A stretch of DNA of 64,000 bases from Podarcis pityusensis (Eukaryota). Shown here in pieces: positions 13,101 through 25,689 of this stretch. The position numbers were made by a program, and so were the translations under genes. Positions within the stretch are counted from its first letter, which is position 1; every line of letters begins with the position of its first letter. The notes under the pieces were generated by a model. The model was not told the origin of the DNA and did no database searches. It saw only the letters and a program-made list of their open reading frames with translations. The DNA lies in the NCBI GenBank assembly GCA_964106645.2, contig OZ067040.1. One strand, given 5' to 3'.

Positions 13101-16100
13101 TCCAAATGCAGCACTGTATGGTTGCTCAGCCAGTTGCTAAACTTGCCAAATCATTTCCTTTGCCACTAGATAAGGTTCCTCTGCAGTGGAGGCAGGAGTG
13201 GACTCTGCATTATCCCAATTCTCACCCATAGTTTAGACCGGTGTCATTAGGTGCACAATAGTGTTCATTTGCTAATGGTGTGTGAAAACCTTATTACTAT
13301 ATTCGGAACTATGAATATTTAATTTCACACTCTATATAGGCCATCATTCTTTCACCATTAAGCCATGATACAAGCACGCAAATCCCCTGAGATGCAATTC
13401 TCTCAGCCAGTTAGTCTCCTAACTAATAATTCCCTATCATGGGTCCCTGTTAGTGAACTAAACTGGCTTTGAGAAATGTGTTTCCTTATTCATACAGAGG
13501 TTATTTATATATTTTGCACCGGTAGTCCTCGCTGTACATTTTGTAGAATTACAAGTGTGTTTCTGTGATTTTATGTTGCTAATCTTTGAGACTTTCTTGG
13601 GGAACTTATACAAATTCAGATGCCTACTTGGAGATGGTAGGAATGGAATGGCAGAAATTATTCCTCAAACGTTAGCACATATAGCTGTCATTTAGATGCA
13701 ATATGCTTAACTTGAATCCATCAGGGCCCCCAAAGCCAAAGACATGGGCAAATCTGCAAAACTTTGATTCAGTTAGATTTGGAGTGCCTGCTTAGTAGTT
13801 ACTCCCAGGCTTTTTCTATATGTCATATGAAGCTATGGGCCTTGGTCAACTAAGTCGTTGCGCTGGCGAAAGCCAGTGCAATGAGTCCCAATAGTGCAAC
13901 AGAACTACCCCCAATGTGTGTCCCCTGTTGTTGTTTAGTTGTTTAGTCGTGTCCGACTCCTCGTGACCCCATGGACCAGAGCACACCAGGCACTCCTGTC
14001 TTCCACTGCCTCCCGCAGTTTGGTCAAACTCATGTTGGTAGCTTTGAGAACACTGTCCAACCACTCGTCCTCTGTCCCCTACTCCTTGTGCCCTCAATCT
14101 TTCCCCTGTACCACCCCCAAATTGGGTTGGGAGAACCCCAAGAACCATGCATGGGGTGAGGGTAGGAGGGGGGAATTCCACTGATAAAGCTGTACTCTTA
14201 AAAACAACAGCAACAACCAGAGCCTTTTATTCAGTGGTGAGAATAAAAATTGGGTGAGAATAAAAATCAGCATGATTTCAAAACATTGATAATGTTTTGA
14301 AAAGGAACCCATTTTCCAAACACACAGTACATGTTTCTTCGTTAAGAGATTTTGGTGGGCACCAGTGCAACTTGTGCTACTTACTCTATTCAGTAGTATC
14401 AAGATAGTGACCTGTTGAATCAGCAAACGGAATTGTTGCTGTGCCAACAGCTAAGTTAGTGGCATTGGCAGCCACCCTTTAACAATGAATGTCTCCTATA
14501 GGATCAAATATAAACATGTTTGGAAAGAAAAGAAAAATATTTGTAGCTATTTCATAGTTGTTTTTATTTATAAGGGAGTCAGCGCTGTCAGACTGTTTCC
14601 TCTTTCTGGCCACTTGCTGTTGTCTTCTTCCATGGACTGTAAAATTAAGGTGAGTACCTTCAGAAAGTACACTTATTGCTGCCTACAGATGGTTAAATTC
14701 ACATCAAAAGTATTGGGATATGCCTCCCCTTTAACACTCATGTCAAGGCAAATTCAGTTGTTGCCTTTTTGTTACGCTAAAGTAATAGGTCAGGTTCATA
14801 ATGGAACCTTCTGTTTATCATGAAACAAATACAGTGACTCTTTAATCACTGTAAAGCAACAACAAGACTACAGCAATATATACCAAGCAGGGTGCCGTAC
14901 AAACTTTTTGTGTGGGGAGGCGAATCTCCTTGGTCAGTGGCTTTAACTTAGCCTGTAGAGGTCAAGTCATATGTTCTGGTAACCTTTACTATTTCTTTCT
15001 GTTTCCTTCAATAATGAGGACTTCAAATAGATGTCTGAAATCTGTTCAGCTACTCTGCACTGACACCTTGCTCAAAACAGGCAGCAATTCATCTCCATAA
15101 GTGAGGGAAAGAAATGCACACCTGCCTCTCCATAAAGCAGATGCCTTCGTGCATAACAGCCCAGTTTTGTGCTGTTTCTACTTTTAAAAAATTCCTGAAA
15201 GGGGGCTGCAAAAAAATGGGCTGTCAGGCATGCAAACCTTTGCATGGAAGATGCACCTCACATGTTACTGTTTGTGTTTGAACTCGAAAGTGGATTGCTA
15301 CTCAAATAAAGTATGTGGTACAGGCTATGCTTTTCCAAAACTGCTGTTAATTGAGACAGCATGTAGTAGTTCTCTTATGTCCCAGTCCACCATGCTAGCC
15401 ACTACATTACACTGCTTTTCTCTCTTTAGGGATGCAATATTTATTCAATTTATCTTAATTTCTTTTGATCAGTGGAAAATGTGACCCTGTTTTTTAAAAA
15501 GTGTATAAGTGTTCTCTACTGCCTTGCCGGATATTGTCGAGAGAAGAAAGTGCTAAGGAGTAAACCCTACACAAATCAGGAGTGGAGTCCTTAAGATGGT
15601 AGGATGGTGCCTTGTACGCCTCCTTCCAGCCACTCCTGCATCCAAGCTGGTGCCAAATGTATTGCTCTGCTTTCCTTTGGACCACATGAGTGAGGCTGAG
15701 AGAGGGGTCTCGTCCATCTGGGCAGCCCAGGACCCCCATACACACCACCCAGGGTTACGCCCTGCGAGGTCACCTTGGTGCTGTAAACGCAGCAGTTTGT
15801 TTCTCAAGACAGGAGGATGCCAACAATACAATATGTAGTAAGACATGGGGGGGGGGGGAGGTACACGTGGCAATGCAGCTGCACTTTCCTTCTCCATTGC
15901 TGCTGCCACACTTCCCTTGTTTGTTGATACGCAGTTCCAAGAAGTAGCTCTGTGAACATCCTATGAATCAGCAAGTTCTCTTGGTATAACATTTTTCAAA
16001 TCACACAGTTAATTACATTTTGTACCTGTTTTGTTATATTATGGGAATTACTTTTAAAAAACCATAGCTTTTCATTCAGCAGGTGTTATAAAGCTTTTTT

Positions 16101-19100
16101 AACCAAGAAAGAATGTTAACAGTACTGGATTTGAAATAGTGTAAATGTATGTTTTCTTAGGAACACGGGTGGCGCTGTGGGTTAAACCACAGAGCCTAGG
16201 ACTTGCCGATCAGAAGGTTGACGGTTTGAATCCCCGCAATGGGGATGGCTCCTGTTGCTCGGTCCCTGCTCCTGCCAACCTAGCAGTTCAAAAGCACCTC
16301 AAAGTGCAAGTAGATAAATAGGTACCACTCCGGCGGGAAGGTAAACGGCGTTTCCATTCGCTGCTCTGGTTCGCCAGAAGCAGCTTAGTCATGCTGGCCA
16401 CATGACCCGGAAGCTGTACGCCGGCTCCCTCGGCCAATAAAGTGAGATGAGCGCCGCAACCCCAGAGTCGGTCACGACTGGACCTAATGGTCAGGTCCCC
16501 TTTACCCTTTACCTATGTTTTTCTTGTTGATTTTGTTTTGTTTTGTTTTGTTGAATTGCTTCAAGAAATTTTATGGGAAGCAATTCATAAATGAGGCAAA
16601 AATAAGATGGGCTTAATTTAAAATAGTATGTTGTGTGCATTAGCTGTTCTACTTGCATTTTGTGTCTTCCTTAAACCATATTGTAAAATGTATTTTCCAC
16701 CCACCAGCTCTGGGAAGTATATGGTGAACGAAGATGCTTAAGAACTTTCATTGGTAATATTTTTATTTTTATTTTTTAAAAATAATCAGCTTTTTAATAA
16801 ATGCTAATTGTGTCAGATTCCAGTTGTGTGCTGCCTTTAGCAATATGTCCAAATATTAATGTGTGCCTCAAGGGAATAATTAGAAGTGATGGATGCTAAG
16901 AAAATAATTATTGAGCATGGTAGTTCAAAATTCTCCCTGCGGTACAATTCATTCATGTGTGGTACATAGCTAAACACACATTTATCCCAAGTAAAGCAAT
17001 TGGGTGGTACCAGAGGGGAGGGCAAGGGAAGCTCCCACCCCAACAAATAGCTTATCCCCCCCCCCCGCCCGGATCTTCAGGGCTGCTTGTTTTTAGAATG
17101 GGGTCATTAACATGAAATATATGTATTTTTGCTCAGCATCTCTTTCCACTTACATTTTAAAAACTATGGTTCACGTGACGTAGCCTAAGGACACCCTGAT
17201 CCTAGTGAGGGGTGGTACACAGGTGGATCTGGGCCTCCCTGTGCGCAGCCACTGCTGAATTGAGAACTGCATGCGCAAAAAGGTGCTGTATCCCTAGTTT
17301 CCAGTGTTGGATTGAGAACCACAGTCACAGCACTTGAGCCCAAATGGTTTGTGCTCTTAATTAGATAGAATAGCTTGCTTTTAAGGGGAAGCAGGGGCAA
17401 TGGAGATGGGAGGACTGAATAGAGGGGGAGATAAAAAGTGCATGAGCCATATTGCAAATCACAGACACTGCACATCCAACAACTGCCCTAGTACCGAAAA
17501 GAAAAACATCTGGTACCCTTTCCTACTAATACTATATATATTTGTCCTGCAGGGCACAGTAAAGCTGTTAGAGATATATGCTTTAACAATGCTGGGACTC
17601 AGTTTCTCAGTGCTGCATATGATCGGTATCTTAAACTCTGGGACACGGAGACAGGTAGGCGAATGCTTGTTATGTTTCCTCTTCTGATACCTGTATTTTT
17701 GTGAATGACAAATACAACTGTTAAAAGTGCAACAGGGTGGCAGGAGCGCAGATCCCTCTACAGCATTATTGTCTTAGAATAGCTTTGCTTTTTGGATGCA
17801 TTTAAACCATTCTGGAAAATGGTTGGTTCAAAAGTGAATAAGGGTGTATTTATGAAATAGGATAAGGAAACATAGCTCAGTGATAGAACATCTTGACACT
17901 CTGGCATTTTCAGGGCGGGCTAGGAAACACCATTGTCTGAATCCTGGGGAGTTCACTGCCAATCAGGACCACTGTGAACAATCTTGAGTTAGATGAACCA
18001 GTGGTTTGAGGGTAACTGCCTATATTTCTGTACTCCAGAAATTACAGTTGTTGGCAAAACCAGGTTTGTTGCTTTGTATTGCATGAAATGGCCATCAATG
18101 GATTGGGTTTGGTAATCTGGATTTAAGGCAAATGGCACTCCCTTCAGAAATACAGGTTGAGGCTTATTTTATTATGTGCAAAATTGTCATCCCACCATAC
18201 AACCCAACAGCTACAACAGAAAACGAAGAAGCTGGGTATGTGAATCTCTTCCTCTTCATTGATCTGTTTCCCCTCCCACCCCCTCTCTAGGACAGTGTAT
18301 TTCAAGATTCACAAACAGGAAAGTTCCCTACTGTGTCAAATTCAATCCAGATGAAGATAAGCAAAATCTTTTTGTAGCAGGAATGTCAGATAAGAAAATT
18401 GTACAGGTAAGTTAGAAAATTCAGAGTATTTGGTAAAGATCATGCAGAAACAATTTGAAGATCAAACCAATTGACTATTTAACCAGAATTCTTTTTGTAT
18501 TGTTGCAGTAATAATAGGCTATTTCTGTTACAAAATACTTGGTTTTTTAAAATGGATCATTTTCTTCACCATTTTTAAGGAGTTGTTTGGATTTGTCTTG
18601 CAGTGGGATATTCGAAGTGGAGAAATTGTTCAGGAATATGATAGGCATTTGGGTGCTGTTAACACCATTGTTTTCGTGGATGAGAATAGAAGATTTGTGA
18701 GTACATCTGACGACAAGAGTTTAAGAGTCTGGGAATGGTAAGTAAAAAAACTGTGTCTTGACTTTTTTATTAGAGAGGAAGAAAATATAGTTTGAGTAGT
18801 GAATGTATTCTCTTTATACTTTCCCCCTCAATATAGCCATGATGCCAACTGGTTGCAGAACTTTAGACTTCTTTCCTGTGAGTCTACCCCATCCAGAATG
18901 TTTAGTAAATTCTCGACTTGGTTTTGCAATTTATGCTGTAGAATCTAAATTTTAGGACCTAGAGTCACAGGTCTCCTCCCCTTCTCTGGAATTAATGATG
19001 CTGAGATGTAGCATACAATGACATGGCCTGATTCCTAAACCTTGGTTAGCTTGCATCTCTGTACCAGCCTTGAGATAAAACTTAGGAGGGACCGCAGTTT

Positions 19101-19279
19101 ACTCCACATTTAAAGGGGATGTTGTCAAAGAAACAATGGGCAAATATGGCAAAGAAAGGAGTATGTTTTCCAGTGTTGTGTCAAATCGTGGGTTATTCAA
19201 GAAAGGATGCCAAGACACAAACATTTTACTTTCAGGTCAGAGACTGGAGTTATCAGAATGAAGACATACTTTTAGTCAG

Positions 19280-19326
<47 letters not shown>

Positions 19327-22300
19327 TGTTTTTAAATGGAACCATTGCAATAAAATTATTTGTTTGGGCTTTGGTTAGTTATTGACTCTGGGGAAAGAGC
19401 ACCACCTACTGGCTTTACCAGTACCACTTCATAATGCTTAAGGGCCATATGAACATCTACTATAACCATGAGGAATGGGTAGATGAAATACAGAAATCAC
19501 AGTAAATGCAAACGGAGAAATTCATGGAGGGACAATTACACCTAGTGTCTGTACTACCTCCATTATCCAAAGTGGTATAGCTCTAATTATCAGTTGCTGG
19601 GAATCTCAAGTGGAAAAGAGTGCTGTTGCACTGGGCTCCTGCTCTAATCTTTCTTGGGGGGCATTTTGACTTCATTTTAATGATCTCTGAAGTTGAATAA
19701 TAAACTTCAAAATAACAGAATGTTTGGTATAGTGAGTGAGAGATGGGTTGAGGGCCCTCGCATCCTGTCTACTCAGATTTGCTGTGCCCTTCAGGGTGAG
19801 GGTTACTTGTTTTCTTAAACAAAAACAAATAAATGTGTGGTTTATCTAAAATCTGTAGGATTCTTTTAATGATGTGCTGCATAAAAGCTGGACATGAAGT
19901 ACTGAAGTTATTTGCCATAACAGGCAAATAGGTTTTCCTCCCTTGCATTTTTGCTTCTTAAAGGTGTGAGTGATTCTTCTAAAAAAAGCTTTCCGGTCTT
20001 TCTGTTGGCCCAAAGCGCCAGTGGTAGAATTTGATTACTTTGAATTTATATGATCTCATGGTTATATGAACAAAATTAAGCTGCAATTAACCTTCATGAG
20101 AGCATTTACACTCCATCTAATTTGTCATTAATGTGATGTATGTAAATATTATGGAGGTTAATGTAGCTGTGTAATGAATGGTTTCTGCATTGTTAAATCT
20201 TCAGTGCCACCCACAGACGCTGATGATATTTATATCAGCCATAGCAATTCTCAAGAGTTTCCAAAGACCATTTAGTTAACCAAAACTAAACAGTTAAATG
20301 CCTTGAGCAGAATCATGAAGCAAAAGAAAATTCTAGTGGGAAATCTTTTATTCTTTGTACAGTGTAAGTGTGCTGAAGTCCTTTAACTCTCTCCTACTTG
20401 AGGCAGATCTTCCCATGTATTTATTTTCAAGTATTTATTTATTTTTTAAAAACAAGAAAATCATGTTGAATGCTGCCTTTTACTTTCTACAAATCTTAAG
20501 ATATTACTAGGAACTATTCCTAGTAATGGTGAAGCAGCCGCCAGCAGGATTGAGCCTTGCCCTCCCCCATTAGCCCACGATTCAAGCTTCCCTACCCTAG
20601 TCTAGAGCAGGGGTAGGCAACCTAAGGCCAGGGGGCCAGATGCGGCCCAATCGCCTTCTCAGTCCGGCCCCGCGGATGATCCGGGAATCAGCGTGCTTTT
20701 ACATGAGTAGAATGTGTACTTCTATTTAAAATGCATCTCTGGGTTGTTTGTGGGGCATAGGAATTCGTTCATTTTGCCCCCCAAAATATAATCCGGCCTA
20801 CCACATGGTCTGAGGGATGGTGGACCGGCCCACGTTTGAAAAAGGTTGCTGACCCCGTGGTCTAGAGCATTATTCAAAAATAAAGAACTAGAGAGATCTG
20901 CAACAAAGTGCTGCTGTGCATACCTAGGAGTGTTCCTTTTCAGGGCTCCAGCTAGCATAGAATCAGGAGTCTTGTGACACAGTGTGGGTTTGTGAATGAT
21001 AGGTAAATAGACTCCTCCCCAACTCTTCTCTTTCCAGCCCTCCTAAAAACCACCTCCACAGTGCGCATAATGCCAAAGGGCTCAGATTTAAAGCTGGCTG
21101 CCTGGCCCAAACCTGAGTCCACTTTGTTGTTTTACACAGGGAGGGGAGCTCTGGAGAATGAGAGGAAAATGCTGCTGCCCCACACCAGCTGTCATTTATG
21201 ACATCTGGTGTAGGGCAGGTGAGTGTGGCTTGGCCAAATGGCAGGCCTAATTAGGCCTGTGGGCGAGGTATCTCCCACTGCTGCCCTACCCCATCCAATG
21301 CACTATAAACTGTTAGAAGCTCAAGCCAGCCCATTCCTTCCTCCTCCATTGTTCTTTGGTTTATTTCCAGCTGATACCCTCAACCTTTCGGGGCTCAACT
21401 GCTGTTTTGAGGCTAGGGATTTTTCATGAGCAGGTGGTAACATTTTGCTCTAACTGGCAAACTACTGTATGACAGAATGCAGAAACCCCACAACATTGTC
21501 CAGGGCAGGGGGCTCATTTCACTTCAAAATGGTTAGGCATTAGACCACCCACTCTCTGCATTGAAGGAGATCCTGATTCCTAAATTTGGAACACAGGGAG
21601 AAAGAAAGAAAGTGTATTACACATGGCGTTGTTAGACACTGCAGAATTCAATAGCCAAGTAAACACATTTAGACTGCAGACCTCTAGGCCCCTCTCATCT
21701 CTTAATTTTGTTTACTAGGTGTATTTTTGTAGTATTTCATCCATATATTTTGTCTTCTTCCATAGGGACATACCAGTAGATTTCAAATACATAGCAGAAC
21801 CCAGTATGCACTCAATGCCAGCAGTGACTTTGTCTCCAAATGGTAAGGCAATGTATCTTCTTAGGCCTCTCATAGAATAATTTATTGCTTTAGAATTTAG
21901 CTCTTGAGGCTCCATATTTATGGCAGAATACAAATCCATGTTAAGTCCTATTACAACCAAAATAATTAATAATTCCATGTCTCAGATTGTGTGTCTTTGT
22001 AGAATGCAAAATTGGGGCTTTATTTTTTTAAATATACTATGGATATCAGATGTAGAAATCTAAGTGCGTGAATTTATTTTAAGAATGACATTTAACATTC
22101 ATGTTTTTTACTCTTAACAGGGAAGTGGCTGGCTTGTCAATCGATGGACAACCAGATTTTGATTTTTGGAGCTCAAAACAGATTCAGGCTAAATAAAAAG
22201 AAAATATTCAAGGGCCATATGGTGGCTGGGTATGCTTGCCAAGTAGATTTTTCACCTGACATGAGGTATGTTTCATTATAGTTCATCTGGCTATTATGGG

Positions 22301-23098
22301 ATATCATTCCCCATTTTGATTTTCAGACTTTTTCCCCATGGTCTGATTTTGGACTCTAAAGTGATTTAAAAGATGTTTTTAAACTGTCAAAGGAGTCCTC
22401 ATATGTGTATAGTCTGTAACAATGATTCTGGATTAGGGAGGAGGATGAGTGTCCCGGTTCCTCCATCCAGTAGTCAAGGCTGCACATGTGGTGCCCAATA
22501 CTAGCAGTGCTGAGCCTATGTTTTGGTACCATTCGTTTTTGACAGAATCTTGGGGGAGGGGAGGAATTGGGGGTTGTCTTCCCCTTCCTTGTCATATGAT
22601 GGGGCAGCATGAGGAGAAATTGGTTTAACTATTTTAACCCTTTTGAGCAGCTGATTTGCATGGTGATACTGACCACAGCGGCAACCGGTTGGGCAACTGA
22701 TGCACACAGCATCTTGTAAGCAGCCCACTGCTGGGCAGGTAACTTTTGAGGCCATTGTGATTAGTGTAATTCATTGCAAAAACCCTGCAGTAAAAAGTAA
22801 GCATGGAAAGCAATTACTATTTCATCTGCTTTCTATGTTAAACCGTATTTTGGTGTTTTGACATAACCCTTCAGAATTTGATTTCAATGGATTGAAGCAA
22901 TTTTTAATTTTTCTTTGAAGCTATGTTATATCAGGTGATGCAGATGGAAAACTGAACATCTGGGACTGGAAGACAACAAAACTATACAGTCGATTGAAAG
23001 CCCATGACAAAGTCTGTATAGGTGCAGTATGGCACCCACATGAGACATCCAAGGTAATCACGTGTGGATGGGATGGTCTTATTAAGCTGTGGGACTGA
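1085..23098 (+). CDS. CDC40: CDC40/PRP17 pre-mRNA processing factor 17, spliced CDS, exons 2-15 (5' partial)
   Basis: 14 AG/GT-bounded exons (87,130,84,140,97,140,75,46,102,116,134,77,145,178 nt) join in frame from [11 protein letters not shown]... to ...[13 protein letters not shown]; C-terminal WD40 repeats; matches the vertebrate PRP17 sequence as recalled. Confidence 0.98.
2080..2384. mobile_element. Tc1/mariner-type MITE (C[C/T]GTATTTTT-ended family)
   Basis: TIR CTGTATTTTTCACCCTATAGGACGCAC / GTGCGCCCTATAGGGCGAAAAATACAG, TA TSD, internal palindrome. Confidence 0.88.
3432..3568. mobile_element. Degenerate hAT-like palindromic MITE, same family as 25690-25825
   Basis: ACAACTCCCATCA...TGATGGGAGTTGT arms with CAGCCTTCTCCAACC / GGTTGGGGAAGACTG ends. 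Confidence 0.75.
3812..3941 (+). CDS. CDC40: CDC40 exon 3 ([43 protein letters not shown])
   Basis: atgcag / gtaagg; peptide visible in ORF 3734..3958. Confidence 0.96.
5500..6203 (+). mobile_element. Old tRNA-derived squamate SINE (Squam3-like), split by an L2 fragment
   Basis: 5' part 5500-5637 (tgcatgcagaatgtcccaggtacagttcccagcat...gaaaccctg); 3' part ggtataaggcagcctccgatgttc resumes at ~6175. Confidence 0.55.
5638..6170 (-). mobile_element. L2 LINE 3' fragment
   Basis: Minus strand reads [16 protein letters not shown], like the L2 RT C-terminal motif; AT-rich tail at ~5640. Confidence 0.7.
9392..9475 (+). CDS. CDC40: CDC40 exon 4 ([28 protein letters not shown])
   Basis: ccacag / gtaaa; phase 1-1. 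Confidence 0.95.
10082..10221 (+). CDS. CDC40: CDC40 exon 5 ([47 protein letters not shown])
   Basis: ctacag / gtgagc. Confidence 0.95.
11335..11431 (+). CDS. CDC40: CDC40 exon 6 ([32 protein letters not shown])
   Basis: acttag / gtaagt. Confidence 0.95.
12636..12775 (+). CDS. CDC40: CDC40 exon 7 ([47 protein letters not shown])
   Basis: ttgcag / gtaaga. Confidence 0.96.
13927..14105 (-). mobile_element. Bov-B (RTE) LINE 3' end fragment
   Basis: (GTT)n tail followed by tagtcgtgtccgactcctcgtgaccccatggac, characteristic of the Bov-B 3' terminus. Confidence 0.85.
14575..14649 (+). CDS. CDC40: CDC40 exon 8 ([25 protein letters not shown])
   Basis: tataag / gtgagt; peptide in ORF 14485..14823. 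Confidence 0.95.
16160..16513 (+). mobile_element. Sauria SINE, full length
   Basis: ggtggcgctgtgggttaaaccac tRNA-like head, B-box-like ggtttgaatccc, (CCTTTA)n tail, imperfect TATGTTTTCTT TSD. Confidence 0.92.
16708..16753 (+). CDS. CDC40: CDC40 exon 9 ([15 protein letters not shown])
   Basis: caccag / gtaata. Confidence 0.94.
17553..17654 (+). CDS. CDC40: CDC40 exon 10 ([34 protein letters not shown])
   Basis: ctgcag / gtaggc; GH...WD repeat. Confidence 0.96.
17865..18030 (+). mobile_element. Degenerate Squam3-like SINE
   Basis: tagctcagtg A-box head; body similar to the copies at 5500 and 33180. Confidence 0.55.
18291..18406 (+). CDS. CDC40: CDC40 exon 11 ([39 protein letters not shown])
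   Basis: ctctag / gtaagt. Confidence 0.96.
18604..18737 (+). CDS. CDC40: CDC40 exon 12 ([44 protein letters not shown])
   Basis: ttgcag / gtaagt. Confidence 0.96.
19280..19327. repeat. (CTTT)n microsatellite
   Basis: ~12 tandem CTTT units. Confidence 0.95.
20608..20859. mobile_element. hAT non-autonomous element
   Basis: CAGGGGTAGGCAACC...GGTTGCTGACCCC ends; exact 8-bp TSD GTCTAGAG. Confidence 0.9.
21766..21842 (+). CDS. CDC40: CDC40 exon 13 ([26 protein letters not shown])
   Basis: ccatag / gtaagg. Confidence 0.96.
22121..22265 (+). CDS. CDC40: CDC40 exon 14 ([48 protein letters not shown])
   Basis: taacag / gtatgt. Confidence 0.96.
22921..23098 (+). CDS. CDC40: CDC40 exon 15, terminal coding part ([18 protein letters not shown]...GLIKLWD*)
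   Basis: ttgaag acceptor; TGA stop at 23096-23098. Confidence 0.96.
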
Positions 23099-24610
23099 AG
23101 GCCATACTGGAGAACTCTAAACTTCTCATCACTTGGTGAACACCTGAGATTTTGGAACACCTATTCTGCAACAAAGACATTAGAATATAAAGATGGGTTG
23201 CCTCAGGTATTTCAGTATTACAGTGCACATATACCATATGGGGAATTCAGAAGATTTCATCTGAAATGTTTTCAATCTCAAACTATTATAAGCTGAAAGT
23301 GACCAAATGAAGTGGTCTAAATGGAATATCCTTTGTAAGATATTTTAAAATTAAATTAAACTGAGGAGATTTGTGTCTAGCTTTGTGTTCATGAAGCTGA
23401 AGTATACACTTCATAAGCTTCACTCTATTCTCGAAAGTGCACAATTTGGGAGAAAAAATGTTTTCATTTCAGCATTGTAAGATGATGCACCTGTTTATAA
23501 ATACTGTTTGGCAGTACTCTCAAATTTCCAAATGTGTGTGTACAGTATAATAGAAGTTGTTAGAATTGTTTTTGTATTTTAACAGCAGTTGTTGGTCATG
23601 TTGAAATACACAAAGATTTTATATGTGCAACACGGTTGTTGTTTCTTTGTGAGGGCAATCCCCTCAAACCCAACAGCCCGGCTTGAAAATATGAAGGAAA
23701 GCCTAGTGCAGAGACCCAGATAGGCAGAGGATGTCTATCTGTTGCTATGTTTAGCTCCAAGATGGGTTCCATCAAGTCCTGGATGTTTCTCTTCACCCTT
23801 ATCCATTTTGTGGAGCAGATGGATATAGCTAATGGGTTAGATCAGAAAAATGCTTACGAAAGGTGATGAGCATGAGGTACATTTAATAGCTCCTCCCACT
23901 ACCAAAAGGCCTTTCCTGGATGTTAGGGCATGCTGCTGAGTGTGGTGGGCTGTAGCACATGGGGGCTAAAGCAGAAGTCACCAAAAATTGGGTGGGGGCA
24001 CCTTCTTTTTACAGGAGCCCAATATTCAGCAATCCACATCCTTCCTGTCAGCCCCCAACACCACAACCCATTCCATTCACCGAGGGACAGGCTGTTTGTG
24101 GTGAGATGGGATAGGAAATACATTTTATGCTCCCTCACCTCCAGGTATTTTTCTCAATCCCATTATATTTGCAGATGCATGGATTTGGATACATGCTAAG
24201 AAACTCTTCATTTTTATCATGACTCCTTTTTTATAATTATTATTGACAAGTCAGGTTTCTATTCTTACTCAAATATTTTCTTTTTATAATGAAAAAAAAT
24301 CCAAAGAATATTATGTATATATGTATATAAGACAGTTATATACATATATAACTGATGAGTAATTCATCAAATGCTGTTTTAGCATAGGCCCCATTCAGCC
24401 AGTGGAGCTTGTGCAATTAGTGAATTACTGCCTTTGTGGAGATGCTTCCGAGAGGTATAACTGAAAGCACATTGCAGCTTCATTGCCATTTGACCACCTA
24501 TGTCTTGTAAATGGGCACTTTAATATCTATTTTTATTTCATAGAATTATGTGTTTTGTGCTAAACTACTGTACATATGTCTCAATCCTCCTTTTTACAGA
24601 TCTTATTTTT

Positions 24611-24616
24611 AATAAA
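24611..24616 (+). terminator. Candidate CDC40 polyadenylation signal (AATAAA); second candidate at 24972-24977
   Basis: Canonical hexamer ~1.5 kb after the stop codon, with U-rich sequence upstream and U/GU-rich sequence downstream. Confidence 0.55.
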
Positions 24617-25547
24617 TGTTTTATATTAAAAGATGGATACCAGCTTAGTGTAACATCTCTAGCATTGTCTGCAGGTGGCTGCTGCTTCTTCCTTTCTTTC
24701 TTTTTACTCTTTATTTGGTATTAAAGTTGTAACTGCCTAGTTTTCTGCAGTGCCAGAGTGTAAATTTATCTTTCATTGAATTTATTATATTAAAATATTG
24801 TGGGATAATTTCTTTGTGCTGTACATTTCTACAGTTGAAGATGTGCAGCATCTTCAGAAATCTAGAACCGCTTCACACATTTCTGGTAACATGGCATTTA
24901 CAGTGGATGAAGCATGTAAGAATACTACATTATAGCTACGCAACCACTTTTTTATTCTAAATACATGCATCAATAAATTGCTGCTGCCAAATTTGTGTTT
25001 CCCATCTACTCACCCACTGCTACATGTGCTTCATCTAAGGGCCTAACTAGGCATGATCTCACACTGTTTTTTAAACTTAAAATCAGCTCTTTGGGGGGCG
25101 TTTGTAGTGGAGTCATAGCATGGAGAGAGGAAAGGTCTCACCTTTTTCATTGCTACCATAGTCCCAGTTCCACATGCCTCCTCAAACAGCTGTTGGCCCC
25201 ATGGGTGTGAAGCATACAGGCACCTGTGTGCCACTTTGGGAGGATTCAGATAGGGCAATTGCAGGGGGCTTAATTCCCCCAGAAGCCCCAATCTGAATTG
25301 CCTTTTGAAAACCTTGGCTGTTGCTGTGTGAATTTACACAACTGTTTTGTAGTTGTGCATGGCTGCTTCTAAAAATGTGGTCATGGACCAAAACTGACAC
25401 ATTTCACACGATGATGGGCAGTTAATAACAGCATATGTTGTAAACCACCATTCTGATAACCTTAGCCCCCGCCCCAGTGAAGAAAGCTTAGTATTTTAAG
25501 ACAGCTTTTTTTGGGGGGGGGGATGCTATTCAGCCATGAAGAAACAA

Positions 25548-25553
25548 TTTATT
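25548..25553 (-). terminator. Candidate METTL24 polyadenylation signal
   Basis: TTTATT on + (AATAAA on -), ~440 nt after the stop codon. Confidence 0.45.
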
Positions 25554-25689
25554 TGTCACACATTTTGAGTTTTTAATCAGTATGATGATGAAAACATCTC
25601 AACAGGCTTGGGCTGGGCAGCAGCCAAGCGCATAGATAAAGTAAACAAAATACTTTATCTTAAAAGAGTTGAAGCTTGAATTTATAGAA

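Noticed and set aside
16160-16235. tRNA-like A/B boxes (also at ~58200-58285)
   Set aside because: These are SINE heads followed by SINE body and tail, not tRNA genes.
1172-22920. Minor-spliceosome (U12) introns in CDC40
   Set aside because: All donors are ordinary GTRNN types and none shows RTATCCTT; the AAG acceptors of exons 8 and 15 are uncommon but canonical AG.
23392-23422. Small hairpin in the CDC40 3' UTR (TGAAGCTGAAGT-ATAC-ACTTCATAAGCTTCA) as a SECIS or IRE
   Set aside because: It lacks SECIS geometry and the CAGUGN loop, and the CDC40 TGA is the normal C-terminus.
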